A DNA stretch of 64,000 nt, taken from positions 1,695 to 65,694 of the forward strand of contig CANPFW010000002.1 of the NCBI GenBank assembly GCA_947573405.1. Reading direction: 5' to 3'. Position 1 is the stretch's first letter. Every line of letters starts with the position of its first letter. A program made the translations under genes and the position numbers. This document shows positions 18,315 to 26,506 of this stretch, piece after piece. Origin of the DNA: an uncultured Clostridia bacterium (lineage in GTDB: Bacteria; Bacillota; Clostridia; Oscillospirales; CAG-272). The notes beneath the pieces were generated by a model, which saw nothing but the letters and a program-made list of their open reading frames with translations, was not told the DNA's origin and made no database searches.

Positions 18315-20894
18315 ATGAAAAAATCTGCAGTTCTCCTTGCATTTTTACTTATACTAACCAGCCTGATTCCTACCGCTTTTGCCGCGGCAGACCTGACGCA
18401 CTCACAAGAATATATTCCCGAGTCCTATACGCAGCTCGGGTGGATGGATTATGATCCCCTTACCATAGCGGCAGACGGCTCCTTTCTCCTGGAAGATACT
18501 GTAGTACAGTTCGGCTGCATCACCAAAATTGCACACATGAACCGTCCCGAGCCATACCCCGTCACCACGCATACATTTTCAGATGGAACACTGTATTACA
18601 ATCTGCATCTTTTCGTAAACGAACGGGATATGGACGATGTACCCTGTATGGTACTGTATGCCCGACTGACAGTGGAAAATCTGACCAGAGAAAGCGCCGC
18701 ATTCCCAGTTGTATCTGCACAGCTGACAACCTTGACGGACGTACCCGGAGAAGTCCCCGCAGGGGACAAAGCCGCCTGTGATTATGCGGTAATAATCCAT
18801 GTAAAAGACAATGACCTATCCGCAAGCGCAAGAGATAAAGAAGCATTTGGTTCCTTTGACGACAATATCACCGTAATGAAAGCATTCTGGGACAAGCAGC
18901 TTTCCGGCAGTTTCACGTTCACAGAAATGCCGGAGGAAGCCGAGTCCTATGCCATAGCTCTGCAGACAGAATATATAGATCTGCTTTGCGGCATTTCTAC
19001 CGATGATGCATATTCTCTTGCAGCGCCGCTGCAGAAGCTTCCCGCAGACACCTCCGCTCTATCCTGCTTTGACGCAGCACTCTATTATATGAAAACGGAA
19101 AATTCGGATTTTCTGGATTCCATCTGGGAAAATCTGCAAAAGCAATATACCCAGCTTTGTGATGACCTGGAAATATACATCTTCACCGCAGCAGAGCAGG
19201 AAGAAAAAGTGCAGTTACTTCCCGGAAGCAGCCCGGAAACTGCACTGGAGGAAAACCTGAATGCACTGATCGAACTGAAAGCATTCGCCTTTCTGTGCCG
19301 CGAAAAGGATCCTTCACTGGAGGACGTTGCTCTGACGGCTTACCAAAACCTGCTTTCCTCTGTTGAAACTGTCATGCGCAACACCGTTTCCTACTGCACC
19401 TCCCATTGGTCTGTCACAAATTTGTCCGGCAGTCTTAGTCAAGGCATCTTTTCTTTGTCTGCAAACAGCAGCGCTGCTGCTGCGGCAAACTGGTACAAAA
19501 GAGATTCCGTATTCAATGCTCCCGGCGGCGGGACCTATTTGAAACGCCTTGCAAGACAGCAGCTTCCCTATTTGGACGGAACTGAATTTGCCAATTCTTT
19601 TTCCTTTATAGATTCTATTGTATCTCAATCGGAGGACGGTACAATTATCCTCGGTCATGGTCTTCCCGGCGCTTGGCTGTATTCAGACTCCACCCTGTCT
19701 TTCGAAAACTATCCCCTATCCGGCGGCGGCACATTGAGTTGTACCATTACAGGAAAAGAAAATGAACTTCGCATTAAGCTTTCCCCCTCTGCACCGACGG
19801 CTGCCTCTCTGGAACTTCCTGTATTTTTAAACAACATCGAATATGCCTCCTGCGGATTTGATTCAGAAAACGGGATTGTCAGCGTCCCTGCCGGCGTTAC
19901 GGAAATTACCGTGCGCTTGAAAAACGATATTGAGACAATCACCCAGGCACATCAGAATGCGCACGAATTGGAAGCCGCAATTGCTGCTTTTGAGGAAATG
20001 CACCTTGCAGAATACACAAAATATTCTGTGTCGCTGTTCGCGCCTGCACTGGAAAACGCCAAAACAGCGCGAACAGGTCCTACATCCGAAATGCATAAAG
20101 CTGCAGCAGATCTGCAAAAAGCAGCCGCGAAGCTCTCACGGACGCAATCCGCTTACACACTGTCACTATATCAGGACGGCACTGTATCTGCAGGGAATTT
20201 GGAAGCAGATGAAATTTTGCAGACATTCACAAGTAAAAAAGCAGGCACTTTATCTGAAGTATTTATAAAAGGTGCCTATTCTGAAAGCGTAACTGCCGTC
20301 ATATACAGTCTGCAAAAGGATGGTATTTCCCCGGGAGATCTCTTGGGAGAGGCAAAGGGAGAAGTCACCGGCACAGGCATTCTATTTTCGTTTTCCGTCG
20401 AACTGGAAGCTGACACAGGGTATGTGCTGTCTGTATTTTCCGAAACAAGCTCTGTTACCTTACCGGTATATCCTATAACGCAGGACGCACCGGTTTTGTA
20501 TGCCAAAACAGGGAATGACACCGCAGCATATGATCTCACCTGTATCGGTGCAGCGCTGCAAATTACCCAGGCAAATATGGAAGATTTAGATGTCTTTTTA
20601 GAAAAATGCATGTCTGCTGATGTTTCTTCTTACACCAAGGAATCCCGCAACCGCCTTGAAAAAGAAATCAAAGCAGCAAAGGAGCTTTTGTGTACCCAAT
20701 CCGTTTCGGAGGATGAATACAAAACCGTATATACCAATTTGAAAGATGCATATGCAGCGCTTGCTACTTATCCGTCAGATGCCCCGGTAGAAAAAACGCC
20801 CGCTGCATTATATGTTGTGCTGGGTATTGCCGCCCTCTTGCTGATCGCAGGCGGTATCGGCGCTGTCGCATCCTACAAAAAGCGGGAATGGTAA
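18315..20894 (+). CDS. secreted, C-terminally membrane-anchored surface protein of unknown function with two FIVAR-like helical modules
   Basis: Signal peptide MKKSAVLLAFLLILTSLIPTAFA. C-terminal TM plus KKREW tail. Two segments of the form L..A......YT..S...L..A...A..L (around aa 560-610 and 760-815), as in FIVAR modules of surface glycan-active proteins. No sortase motif. Confidence 0.7.
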   Translation: MKKSAVLLAFLLILTSLIPTAFAAADLTHSQEYIPESYTQLGWMDYDPLTIAADGSFLLEDTVVQFGCITKIAHMNRPEPYPVTTHTFSDGTLYYNLHLFVNERDMDDVPCMVLYARLTVENLTRESAAFPVVSAQLTTLTDVPGEVPAGDKAACDYAVIIHVKDNDLSASARDKEAFGSFDDNITVMKAFWDKQLSGSFTFTEMPEEAESYAIALQTEYIDLLCGISTDDAYSLAAPLQKLPADTSALSCFDAALYYMKTENSDFLDSIWENLQKQYTQLCDDLEIYIFTAAEQEEKVQLLPGSSPETALEENLNALIELKAFAFLCREKDPSLEDVALTAYQNLLSSVETVMRNTVSYCTSHWSVTNLSGSLSQGIFSLSANSSAAAAANWYKRDSVFNAPGGGTYLKRLARQQLPYLDGTEFANSFSFIDSIVSQSEDGTIILGHGLPGAWLYSDSTLSFENYPLSGGGTLSCTITGKENELRIKLSPSAPTAASLELPVFLNNIEYASCGFDSENGIVSVPAGVTEITVRLKNDIETITQAHQNAHELEAAIAAFEEMHLAEYTKYSVSLFAPALENAKTARTGPTSEMHKAAADLQKAAAKLSRTQSAYTLSLYQDGTVSAGNLEADEILQTFTSKKAGTLSEVFIKGAYSESVTAVIYSLQKDGISPGDLLGEAKGEVTGTGILFSFSVELEADTGYVLSVFSETSSVTLPVYPITQDAPVLYAKTGNDTAAYDLTCIGAALQITQANMEDLDVFLEKCMSADVSSYTKESRNRLEKEIKAAKELLCTQSVSEDEYKTVYTNLKDAYAALATYPSDAPVEKTPAALYVVLGIAALLLIAGGIGAVASYKKREW

Positions 20895-20897
20895 TAT

Positions 20898-20927
20898 AAA
20901 AGACCTCTCCTTAAAGGAGAGGTCTTT
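20898..20927. terminator. bidirectional Rho-independent terminator
   Basis: Perfect 30-nt palindrome AAAAGACCTCTCCTT|AAGGAGAGGTCTTTT, 3 nt after the stop at 20892-20894. Confidence 0.8.
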
Positions 20928-20970
20928 TATTCAATTAGGAAAGCTACCAGCGAGATATAAAGCTTATAAA

Positions 20971-21101
20971 GGTCCTCCCAGCAAAGGGAGAATCACGAAG
21001 TATCCAGCTTAAGAAGGCCCCCTTGTGCGGTGGTTCGAAAACGAACCACTGGGGCATCCCGCGTTAGCGGGTGAGGGATTGTCTTGCTATCATTTTGCAG
21101 G
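20971..21101 (-). repeat. mosaic intergenic repeat, locus R4 (inverted orientation; one arm only)
   Basis: GAGGGATTGT at 21073-21082 followed by ..ATCATTTTGCAGG (reverse complement of CCTGCAAAATGAT). Carries the rare GTGGTTCG-AAAA-CGAACCAC insertion also present in R5. No second arm before the apbE stop. Confidence 0.85.
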
Positions 21102-21127
21102 AACTTCATATCGACTGCCCTTTCAGA

Positions 21128-22183
21128 TTATTCCTCTATCATAATAGAAGCAAAACCGTCCGTATAATATAAATTGCCCTCTGCGTCAATCCAGGCAGCC
21201 TCCACATCTGCAATGCTGTCAACCAACGCTTTACCGCCCTCATATGTCATATTAAACACCGCAGTGGAAAGCGCATCTGCCATGCCTGCATCCCTGCAGA
21301 CAATGGATACGGAAACAAAACGGTTTTCCGGATACAGTGTGTCCGGATGAATGATATGATGATACCGCTCTCCGTCTACCATATAATACCGCTGATAGGA
21401 ACCGCTGGTCACCAGCGCCAGATCTGTCAGTGCAACCCGGCAGATAGATGCATCCTGCGCGCTCAGATCCGGATTTTGAATGCCCGCAGTCCAGGGAGTT
21501 CCGTCTCCTTTTGTTCCGATAGTGCGCACATTTCCTCCAATACTGAATGCCAGATGATCCCAGCCCATCTCTTCTGCCGCCAAAGCGATTTTTTCCGTAG
21601 CATATCCTTTTGCAATGGAACCGACGTCCAACTGCATTTTCGAATCAGATAAATACACTGTATGCTCCGCCCGATCTATAATAATCCCAGATATGTCCAT
21701 ATGCTGTGCCGCATCCTCCAATTCCTCACGGCTTGGCAAAGCGGCACGCTCTGGGCTCTCCGCACCAGCTTCTCTGTACGTATGCCAGATAGAGAGCACA
21801 CTCCCCATTGCCGCGTTTGTGAATCCATCTGTGACCCGGTACATTTCTATGCAATATTCCAGCAAATCCAAAATCCGTTCGTCAACGGATACCGGGCGCA
21901 CACCGGCATTATCGTTGATTGTTTTCAGATTGTTTATCCCATCGTAATCATGGTAAATATCATAAAGCTGATGATATTCCTCCAAAAGCTGCAGCAGCTT
22001 GTCTGTTTTGGCGTCAAACGCCTCTTTGGATGTATCAAATCCGGTAATCACCGCCACCGTATCGAATAAATCGAAAGAGGAACGGGAATAACGGTTCAAG
22101 TGGGTATTACTATCGCTGCCGCAGCCCGGTAAAACAGACAGAATCATTATCAGAGAGATCAGGAAAAAAGGATATTTTTTCAT
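21128..22183 (-). CDS. apbE: FAD:protein FMN transferase (ApbE family), lipoprotein
   Basis: Start at MKKYPFF (22183); the track ORF extends to 22276. Lipobox LSVLPGC. ApbE blocks DVGSIAKGYA and YHHIIHPDT. Confidence 0.9.
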   Translation of the reverse strand: MKKYPFFLISLIMILSVLPGCGSDSNTHLNRYSRSSFDLFDTVAVITGFDTSKEAFDAKTDKLLQLLEEYHQLYDIYHDYDGINNLKTINDNAGVRPVSVDERILDLLEYCIEMYRVTDGFTNAAMGSVLSIWHTYREAGAESPERAALPSREELEDAAQHMDISGIIIDRAEHTVYLSDSKMQLDVGSIAKGYATEKIALAAEEMGWDHLAFSIGGNVRTIGTKGDGTPWTAGIQNPDLSAQDASICRVALTDLALVTSGSYQRYYMVDGERYHHIIHPDTLYPENRFVSVSIVCRDAGMADALSTAVFNMTYEGGKALVDSIADVEAAWIDAEGNLYYTDGFASIMIEE

Positions 22184-22263
22184 ATGTGCAGTATGCCTTT
22201 CCCGGCTTTTGATTTTCTTTTTTGTGTAGGCAGGTGGTGCGAAAGCACCGTTAAACTTTATAA

Positions 22264-22496
22264 ACCTCTCCAGCAAAAGGGAGGTGGGCTTTGCGCATCA
22301 AAGCTTGGAGGAATTGTCAAGCCAAACTGCCGATTTGCAGATCCTGCAAAATGATAGCATGTGCATACAATCCCTCACCCGCTTCGCGGGATGCCCCAGT
22401 GGTTCGTTTTCGAACCACCGCACAAGGGGGCCTTTTAATGTGGGTGCCGCGCGGAAATTTCCTATGGAGCCACGTAGTGGATCCTCACATGGAGGA
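22264..22496 (+). repeat. mosaic intergenic repeat, locus R5 (A-B-C-D-insertion-E-G)
   Basis: Arms GGAGGAATTGT 22307-22317 and ACAATCCCTC 22367-22376 (49-nt spacer). B = GCTTTG-CGCAT-CAAAGC. D = CCCGC-TTC-GCGGG. Extra hairpin GTGGTTCG-TTTT-CGAACCAC. G box CCACGTAGTGGATCCTCACATGG. Confidence 0.9.
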
Positions 22497-22565
22497 CGTT
22501 TGATCAGCGCACGCCTTTTCACAGATACAAATGCAGGGATCCTGCTTTGCAGGATCCCTTTTCTA

Positions 22566-23630
22566 TTATTTTTCCATCGCTTTTGCCGCCGCAGCGATCC
22601 ACTGGTCAATGCTGACTGTACATCCTGCATACAAATCCGCATCCTTTGCAACCATATGCCCGCTGTCGTTTTTCGTAGTTTCAATGCCAGCAACCTCTTT
22701 CGATGTTTTACCTACAACATAATCCGCAAAAGCTCTTGCCTGTTCATACAATTCCTTGCCAATACCGGATGCATCCTTCATCCCGTAATCTTCTTTCAAT
22801 TCCCGCTTGGATCCGTCAAACTTGACCTCGCCGATCTTACCATCCTTCGCAAAAGAAATCTTCGGTTCAATCACATCAATGCAGCAGGCAACTGCTTTGC
22901 CATCCTGCTCCACAACAGCAGCAATACTGGTGTACATTGCTGCCAGACCATCTGCATCTTCACCTGCATCCTTGGAGGATGCATCCTCGGTCACTGCACC
23001 AATGCGCACCTTCGGATTGTCTGCAGACCGGAAGCTATACGCCTGATCATCCTTGCAGGCTTTGGTAACCGCCTGCATCATATCGCTTATATCGATCGTG
23101 CAGCCCGCATACAAATCCTCATCCGCAGCAACCACGCTTCCGCCAGCATTCTTCTCAGTCTTGATAGCAGAAACCTCATCCGCTGTCATACCCTTTACAA
23201 AGCCTGCAAAAAATGCCGCCTGCTCATTCCATTCCTTGTCAATGCCGGACGCACCCTTCATCCCATAATCGGCGCCCTGCTCCTGCTTGGTTTTATACGT
23301 TTGCCCTTTTTCTGCCACGCCGTCCTTTACAGACATTTTATTCTGTGCCACATCAATATAGCAATCTACAATTTTACCCTTGCCGTCTGTAATAACAGCC
23401 GCAATGGTTGCGTCCACCTGAGCTGTGCCATCTTTGGAGCTGTCCGTATCCGTCAGCACGCCCAATCCCAGCTTGTATTCGCCGGCTTCTTCTTTTTTGG
23501 TATCTGACGCTGACCCTGTGTCCTTAGTGTCCGTATCCTTGCCGTCACCGGTTTTGTCGCTGCATCCAGCAAACAAAGTCACTGTCAGAAATAACGCCAA
23601 AAATATGGAAAGAATCTTTTTCATGCGCAA
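22566..23630 (-). CDS. lipoprotein with two tandem FMN_bind-like domains (candidate ApbE substrate, PplA-like)
   Basis: Lipobox LFAGC. Internal duplication (aa ~51-195 vs ~205-354). Each half ends in D.DLYAGCT(I/V) where FMN_bind domains carry D..(S/T)GA(S/T). EDYGMK and (W/Y).EQA..F blocks occur in both halves. The domain assignment is by eye. Confidence 0.55.
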   Translation of the reverse strand: MRMKKILSIFLALFLTVTLFAGCSDKTGDGKDTDTKDTGSASDTKKEEAGEYKLGLGVLTDTDSSKDGTAQVDATIAAVITDGKGKIVDCYIDVAQNKMSVKDGVAEKGQTYKTKQEQGADYGMKGASGIDKEWNEQAAFFAGFVKGMTADEVSAIKTEKNAGGSVVAADEDLYAGCTIDISDMMQAVTKACKDDQAYSFRSADNPKVRIGAVTEDASSKDAGEDADGLAAMYTSIAAVVEQDGKAVACCIDVIEPKISFAKDGKIGEVKFDGSKRELKEDYGMKDASGIGKELYEQARAFADYVVGKTSKEVAGIETTKNDSGHMVAKDADLYAGCTVSIDQWIAAAAKAMEK

Positions 23631-23712
23631 ATCCTCCTAAAATATAATGATAAATATATTTTATCCGAACCGGGAAAAATCATGCATCCTTTTCCCAGCG
23701 CAGGTGCGTGGA

Positions 23713-25938
23713 TTACGATTTCTTTTGTATGATTTCTATTTTCCAGTCCCCATTTTTCAGTTTATCCAAAATGGGCGCATCTTGTGCAACACACAAAGTA
23801 GTTGTTTTTTCAAAGGCATCCGGAGCAATATCTGTAATTTCTATAGGAAGCGTTAGCTTTGAAAGGCTGGTGCAGCCACTGAAAATCATACTGTCAACAG
23901 CAGCGAGAGAATGAGGCAGCTGCACCTGTGTAAGCGCACTGCAATTCTGAAAAGCGCCAAATCCCAGAGCTGTGAGTCCCTCTCCCAATACTGCTGACTG
24001 CAAGGATCCACAGTCGGCAAAAGCGTGCATCCCGATCAGTGCCGCATTGCCGGTATCCACTGTTTTCAGCTTCGCCCCGCGAAACGCGCCTGCATCAATC
24101 TTTTTTACCTTTGCCGGAACCCGATAGCTTTGCTGCTGCAATCCCGCCGGATAAAAAATCAGCGTTTCCCCGTTTGCAGAGAACAAAACGCCCCCGACAA
24201 CAGAATAATTAGAATCATAACCGGAAATCCGGATATCCGTAAGCGATGTGCATCCGTCAAAAATCCCTGCCGAAACCTGTACAGCAGTAAACAACCCCAG
24301 TGACTGCAGTTTTTCCATATTAGCAAAAGCACCGTCTCCAATTACGGTAACGCTTTTGGGAATATCCAAATACTGAACGGCAGTGCAGCCCGCGAAGGTC
24401 CGCTCCCCTATAGATTCCAAAGAAGTTGGCAGCGAAATTTTGCCCAGTTCTGTACATCCTTCAAAAGCATGATTTTCCACAGAAATGACCCCATAGGGAA
24501 TATTTGCAAGCGTCATACCGGTGCAGTCTGCAAAAGCACTCTCTCCGATTTGCTGCACGCTGTCAGGAATCACCGCTTCCCGCAGCGATATGCATCCGCT
24601 GAACATTCGGGCAGGAATTTTTGCAGTCCCTATGGGAAGAGCATATGCAGACAGTCCGGTGCAGCCGCTGAAAACGCCTTCCCCCAGAACATCTATATTA
24701 CTAGGAAGCTGTACCTCTGTAAGTCCGGTGCAGTTTGTATATGCCTCATCCTCCACGCGAAGAATCCGACCGGTCAGACCGGTTTCCGTAAGACCGGTGC
24801 AGTCTGCAAACAAACGGGCAGGAATTTCCACTGCATTTTCCGGAATCGGCGGAACTGTAAGAGAAGCACAACCTGCAAACGTACCTTCTCCCAATACAGT
24901 ACTTTGATTTTCATAAGTCACATTAGTTAGAGAAGCACATTCTGCAAACAACTCTTTTCCAAGAGTAAGTGTTTTTCCGCCAAAAGATGCGCTGGAAAGA
25001 GTAGTACAGTCGGCAAAAGCCCGCTCCCCCACATTCAGACAGTCTACTTGCACAGTCCGGACAGCGGTGCACCCCGCAAAGGCGCCCTCCCCGATAGAAT
25101 CCGCATCGGGAACGGTAATATTTAAAAGAGACGTACAATTTTCAAAAGCGCTCTGTCCGATTTTCGATACAGCGTCAGGCAGGATTAAATCTGACCCAAG
25201 CGCACCGCAATTTTGAAAAGCACAGGTACCGATAGAAGTGATTTTCTCCCCAAAAGGAAGGGATACAAGAGCAGTGCAGTTCTGAAACGCATATGCACCA
25301 ATATGGAGAAGATCATCTCCTGCAACGGATACAAGAGACGTGCATCCGGAAAAAGCGCCGTAAGAAAGTTCCTGCACACCGCCAAGGACTGCGTCTGACA
25401 GCTGCGTACATCCTTCAAAAGCACGCACACCGATCTGCTGCACATCAGCTCCCACTGTTACCGATGCAATCTGCGTCACATGAGAAAATCCCTCATCTGC
25501 AATGCCTGTCACTGCTTCTCCGTCAAAGGTATCAGGGATAATCAGATCAATAGATGCTTCTTTTGTATAATCGGGATTCCAAGACAGCATTCCATCTGCA
25601 AAGACAAGCCACGGCGCTTCTTTTCCGGTAAGAGCAGTTGTATTTTTCTGTACATGCTTTCCGGAAAATAGATTGCCGAACCGCAGAGAAAAGGCCGCTG
25701 CGCCAGCAATCACCACCAAAACGCACACCGCAATAATCCAAAGCTGCCGTTTTGCCCCGCGCCGGACTTGTTTATTTATCCCAATCGGATCAGCCACGCT
25801 TGGCATTGGCTGTTCCGGTTTATCCGTCTGTTCAAAAGGACTTTCCTGTGCCCAGTCCATCCGCGCCTGCAGTGCATCAGCATCTAAATTCCCCAATGTG
25901 CCGGACTGTTCCCTGTTTTCGCTCTGTTCGTCTTTCAC
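23713..25938 (-). CDS. BspA-type leucine-rich-repeat (LRR_5) surface protein with N-terminal membrane anchor
   Basis: Start proposed at GTG 25938 (GGAGGG 7 nt upstream); the track ORF extends to 26007. TM LWIIAVCVLVVIAGAAAF. More than 15 repeats of the ~23-aa unit I...AF..C..L..v.lP..v..Ig..AF..C. Confidence 0.8.
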   Translation of the reverse strand: MKDEQSENREQSGTLGNLDADALQARMDWAQESPFEQTDKPEQPMPSVADPIGINKQVRRGAKRQLWIIAVCVLVVIAGAAAFSLRFGNLFSGKHVQKNTTALTGKEAPWLVFADGMLSWNPDYTKEASIDLIIPDTFDGEAVTGIADEGFSHVTQIASVTVGADVQQIGVRAFEGCTQLSDAVLGGVQELSYGAFSGCTSLVSVAGDDLLHIGAYAFQNCTALVSLPFGEKITSIGTCAFQNCGALGSDLILPDAVSKIGQSAFENCTSLLNITVPDADSIGEGAFAGCTAVRTVQVDCLNVGERAFADCTTLSSASFGGKTLTLGKELFAECASLTNVTYENQSTVLGEGTFAGCASLTVPPIPENAVEIPARLFADCTGLTETGLTGRILRVEDEAYTNCTGLTEVQLPSNIDVLGEGVFSGCTGLSAYALPIGTAKIPARMFSGCISLREAVIPDSVQQIGESAFADCTGMTLANIPYGVISVENHAFEGCTELGKISLPTSLESIGERTFAGCTAVQYLDIPKSVTVIGDGAFANMEKLQSLGLFTAVQVSAGIFDGCTSLTDIRISGYDSNYSVVGGVLFSANGETLIFYPAGLQQQSYRVPAKVKKIDAGAFRGAKLKTVDTGNAALIGMHAFADCGSLQSAVLGEGLTALGFGAFQNCSALTQVQLPHSLAAVDSMIFSGCTSLSKLTLPIEITDIAPDAFEKTTTLCVAQDAPILDKLKNGDWKIEIIQKKS

Positions 25939-26103
25939 AAAAAGCCCTCCCTTCCAAGCATGCATTCCTCTTATACATATGATAGCATACCACAAATTAA
26001 AACTCAATACTGCATAAAATGATTTTTCTTCTATACAGGGAATTCGTGGGAACCTTGCCCTCCAATAAGGAGAAGTGGCACAACACAGCTTCTACCAATT
26101 CCA

Positions 26104-26340
26104 AAGCCTCCCCTGTGCGAGGGGAGAAATCGCTGCAGTTCCACTAAACTTAAGCCTCCTTTGTGCAAAAGGAGGTGGATTGCCGCAGGCGAGACGGAGG
26201 AATTGTATAAGCTACATTACCGATTTGAAGATCCTGCAAAATGATAGCCGGAACAATCCCTCCGTCACAGCAAAGCTGTGACAGCTCCCTTTACTGGGGG
26301 GAGCCTTTTTATATGGGTGCTCCACGAGAGCTCTATGCCA
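26104..26340 (+). repeat. mosaic intergenic repeat, locus R6 (A-A-B-C-D-E/F)
   Basis: Arms GGAGGAATTGT 26196-26206 and ACAATCCCTC 26253-26262. D = GTCACAGC-AAA-GCTGTGAC. Confidence 0.9.
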
Positions 26341-26410
26341 CCTAAATTCCATCCTGAAAACAAACGTTGGAACTTTTCTAAAAAAATGAAATGAAATTTC
26401 TCTATTCCTA

Positions 26411-26439
26411 TTGCAAAAGGGAAACCGAATCGCTATAAT
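26411..26439 (+). promoter_or_regulatory. putative sigma-A promoter of the Gfo/Idh/MocA gene
   Basis: TTGCAA (26411-26416), 17 nt, TATAAT (26434-26439), 68 nt upstream of ATG 26507. Confidence 0.5.
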
Positions 26440-26506
26440 GACTAAAAATAAGCGTGCGGATGCACGTATTTTACATCAAGTCCGCAGAATGCGGACAGGA
26501 GGGCTT

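Noticed and set aside
20780-20894. The 859-aa surface protein as a substrate of the class B sortase at 2196-3353
   Set aside because: It has a C-terminal hydrophobic segment and a positively charged tail. No LPXTG, NP(Q/K)TN or (S/P)PKTG-type motif precedes them (the sequence reads ...SDAPVEKTPAALYVV...), and the genes are 15 kb apart.
22396-22422. tRNA-like GGTTCG....CGAACC element (also at 21029-21052)
   Set aside because: It is only an 8-bp hairpin (GTGGTTCG-N4-CGAACCAC) embedded in the repeat. There are no acceptor, D or anticodon arms around it. I found no tRNA or rRNA genes anywhere in the window.
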